Assembly (NCBI RefSeq): GCF_044704955.1
Contig: NC_091999.1
Coordinates: forward strand, 38,130,001 to 38,194,000
Length of the DNA stretch: 64,000 bases
Origin: Pristiophorus japonicus
Taxonomy: Eukaryota
Direction of reading: 5' to 3'
The notes beneath the pieces were generated by a model, which was not told the origin of the DNA, did no database searches, and worked only from the letters and a program-made list of their open reading frames with translations. Both the position numbers and the translations under genes were made by a program. Below, piece after piece: positions 62,691 to 64,000 of the stretch; within the stretch, counting starts at the first letter, position 1, and each line of letters begins with the position of its first letter.

Positions 62691-62818
62691 CTTCACCAGA
62701 GTGATGGCAGCGCTGTAAGAAATGCTCAGGAAGAACAAGATGATGAATGTGGAAGCGGTTGTCCAGATGTTGCTGCTCTCGTCCTCACACTCTTCACTCC
62801 AGATGTGGTCTGAGGAAT
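62691..62818 (-). CDS. IGHM: IgM membrane exon TM1, intact
   Basis: CCCGTAG|AT TCC...: DSSDHIWSEECEDESSNIWTTASTFIILFFLSISYSAAITLVK|GTGAG; antigen-receptor TM (CART) motif; phase 1 in, phase 0 out. Confidence 0.95.
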
Positions 62819-63454
62819 CTACGGGATGTAGGGAAGGAAATATATTCAGATCGTTTGTTAATCCAAGATCTCATCTTATTATTACGTATTCTATTTTCTT
62901 TCTTTAAGGTGTTAGTTTGTTCTCTATTTTAATGTTCAATGTATGCCCTGTGTTAAGTTAATCACGCTCACTAATCTATCTGTGTTCCTAATTCCACAGT
63001 CGTTCCTTCTTTATGATCCTTCTATAGTCGGTTTTGGAAAATATGACAGTTTTCCTTCAATGTTACAGGCTAATTGATTTTGCATCAATTCCATAGGATT
63101 TACCATTCGGGAATAGTATGATGTAATATCGAGGGAACTATACTGAATGATATCGATTAATTTAACAATAGCTTCAGATAGCTAATTATTCGGAGGCTGT
63201 CAAAGGGACAGGGTAAGACATCAGATGTGAGTTATAATCTGGATTAATTTGTGGTAGTCAAGGTTCTGAACATAATTAATTTGCATGAGTTTCCAACTAA
63301 GAACTTTGATTCAGTTTGTGTGCAGGACCAGAATATAGGAATGTAAGATATTATGGTATCAGAAATGATTTATTTAATACAATCGTTGCAGACTGTCTGT
63401 TCAAAGAATTTATTTTAATTCTATGTTCGTCTGTTACCTGACGTATTTTTTGCA

Positions 63455-63900
63455 CTTTAGTGTTTGTGTATGTGTGTATGACGATCTCTTCTTTTGGTGT
63501 TGTCTGTGTTTGTGTGTTGATGTGTATTGATATGTAAGTTTGAATGTTTTAATGTGTCATTCCATATATGTATATTTATGTGTAAGTGTTTGTGATTTTT
63601 TGTAAGTTTGTGTATGTTTACATGTAAGCCTTTGTGTGTATATATGCAATTTTTTGTGGTTATGCTTAAATATGTGTGTTCTTTGTAAGTACGTTCATGT
63701 ATGTGTTTTAATGTGTTTGTGTATGGATATGTGTAAGTGTTGTGTATGTTTATGGGTAAGAATGTGTGCATTTATGTGTAACTGTGTATGTTCGCATGTA
63801 AATGTGTGTGTGTGTTATCCGTTAGTTAGTTTGTGTTGAATATGTGTTTATGCGAGTTTAAGTGTGTGTGTTTGTGTGTGTGTGTGTGTGTGTTCGTGCT
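63455..63900. repeat. TG-rich tract in the IgM secretory-to-TM1 intron
   Basis: (TG)n/TGTAAG low complexity; paralogous to 17975-18620. Confidence 0.85.
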
Positions 63901-64000
63901 TCTGTTTTATTAAAGGGTGTGTTTATTTTTGCTGTCATATTAATGGTGCTGTGGTTCTGACAATGACAGTGTGTATTATATTCTGGGTATGCGTAATATC

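Noticed and set aside
19592-62818. Treating the TM exons and C-mu3/C-mu4 as one gene
   Set aside because: On the minus strand the TM exons precede the C exons, and the TM-adjacent intron is present twice, so they belong to two clusters.

Overview
Eukaryotic, repeat-dense genomic DNA from a cartilaginous fish (shark-type IgM exons and shark-type CR1/SINE families), with two assembly gaps. From left to right: (1) 1-13.5 kb, a tandem array of six ~1.95-kb units, each carrying minus-strand tRNA-Ser, tRNA-Asp and tRNA-Leu copies (mostly damaged), a GA-rich tract and a Deu-domain SINE. (2) 13.5-17.9 kb, two nested, truncated endogenous retroviruses with recognisable primer-binding sites. (3) 18-23.1 kb, a relic IgM heavy-chain cluster (C-mu3, C-mu4, and a secretory tail split by a CR1). 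(4) 25-34 kb, an LTR with an orphan ORF, plus a nested RTE/solo-LTR/CR1 stack. (5) 34.6-38.1 kb, a P2Y-like GPCR pseudogene split by a CR1. (6) 41.8-44.3 kb, a ~61-bp repeat carrying CTCF-like motifs. (7) 45.9-53.1 kb, a full-length Tx1-clade LINE. (8) 54-55 kb, a GPR139/142-like GPCR pseudogene. (9) ~59.1 kb, a decayed TCR V-alpha/delta-like segment with a 23-RSS. (10) 62.5-62.8 kb, intact IgM TM1/TM2 exons of a second cluster that continues beyond the window. The most notable signal is IgM clusters interspersed with a TCR-type V segment and a candidate CTCF boundary array. Most ORFs in the supplied track are repeat-derived or spurious. All family assignments come from recalled motifs; no database search was run.
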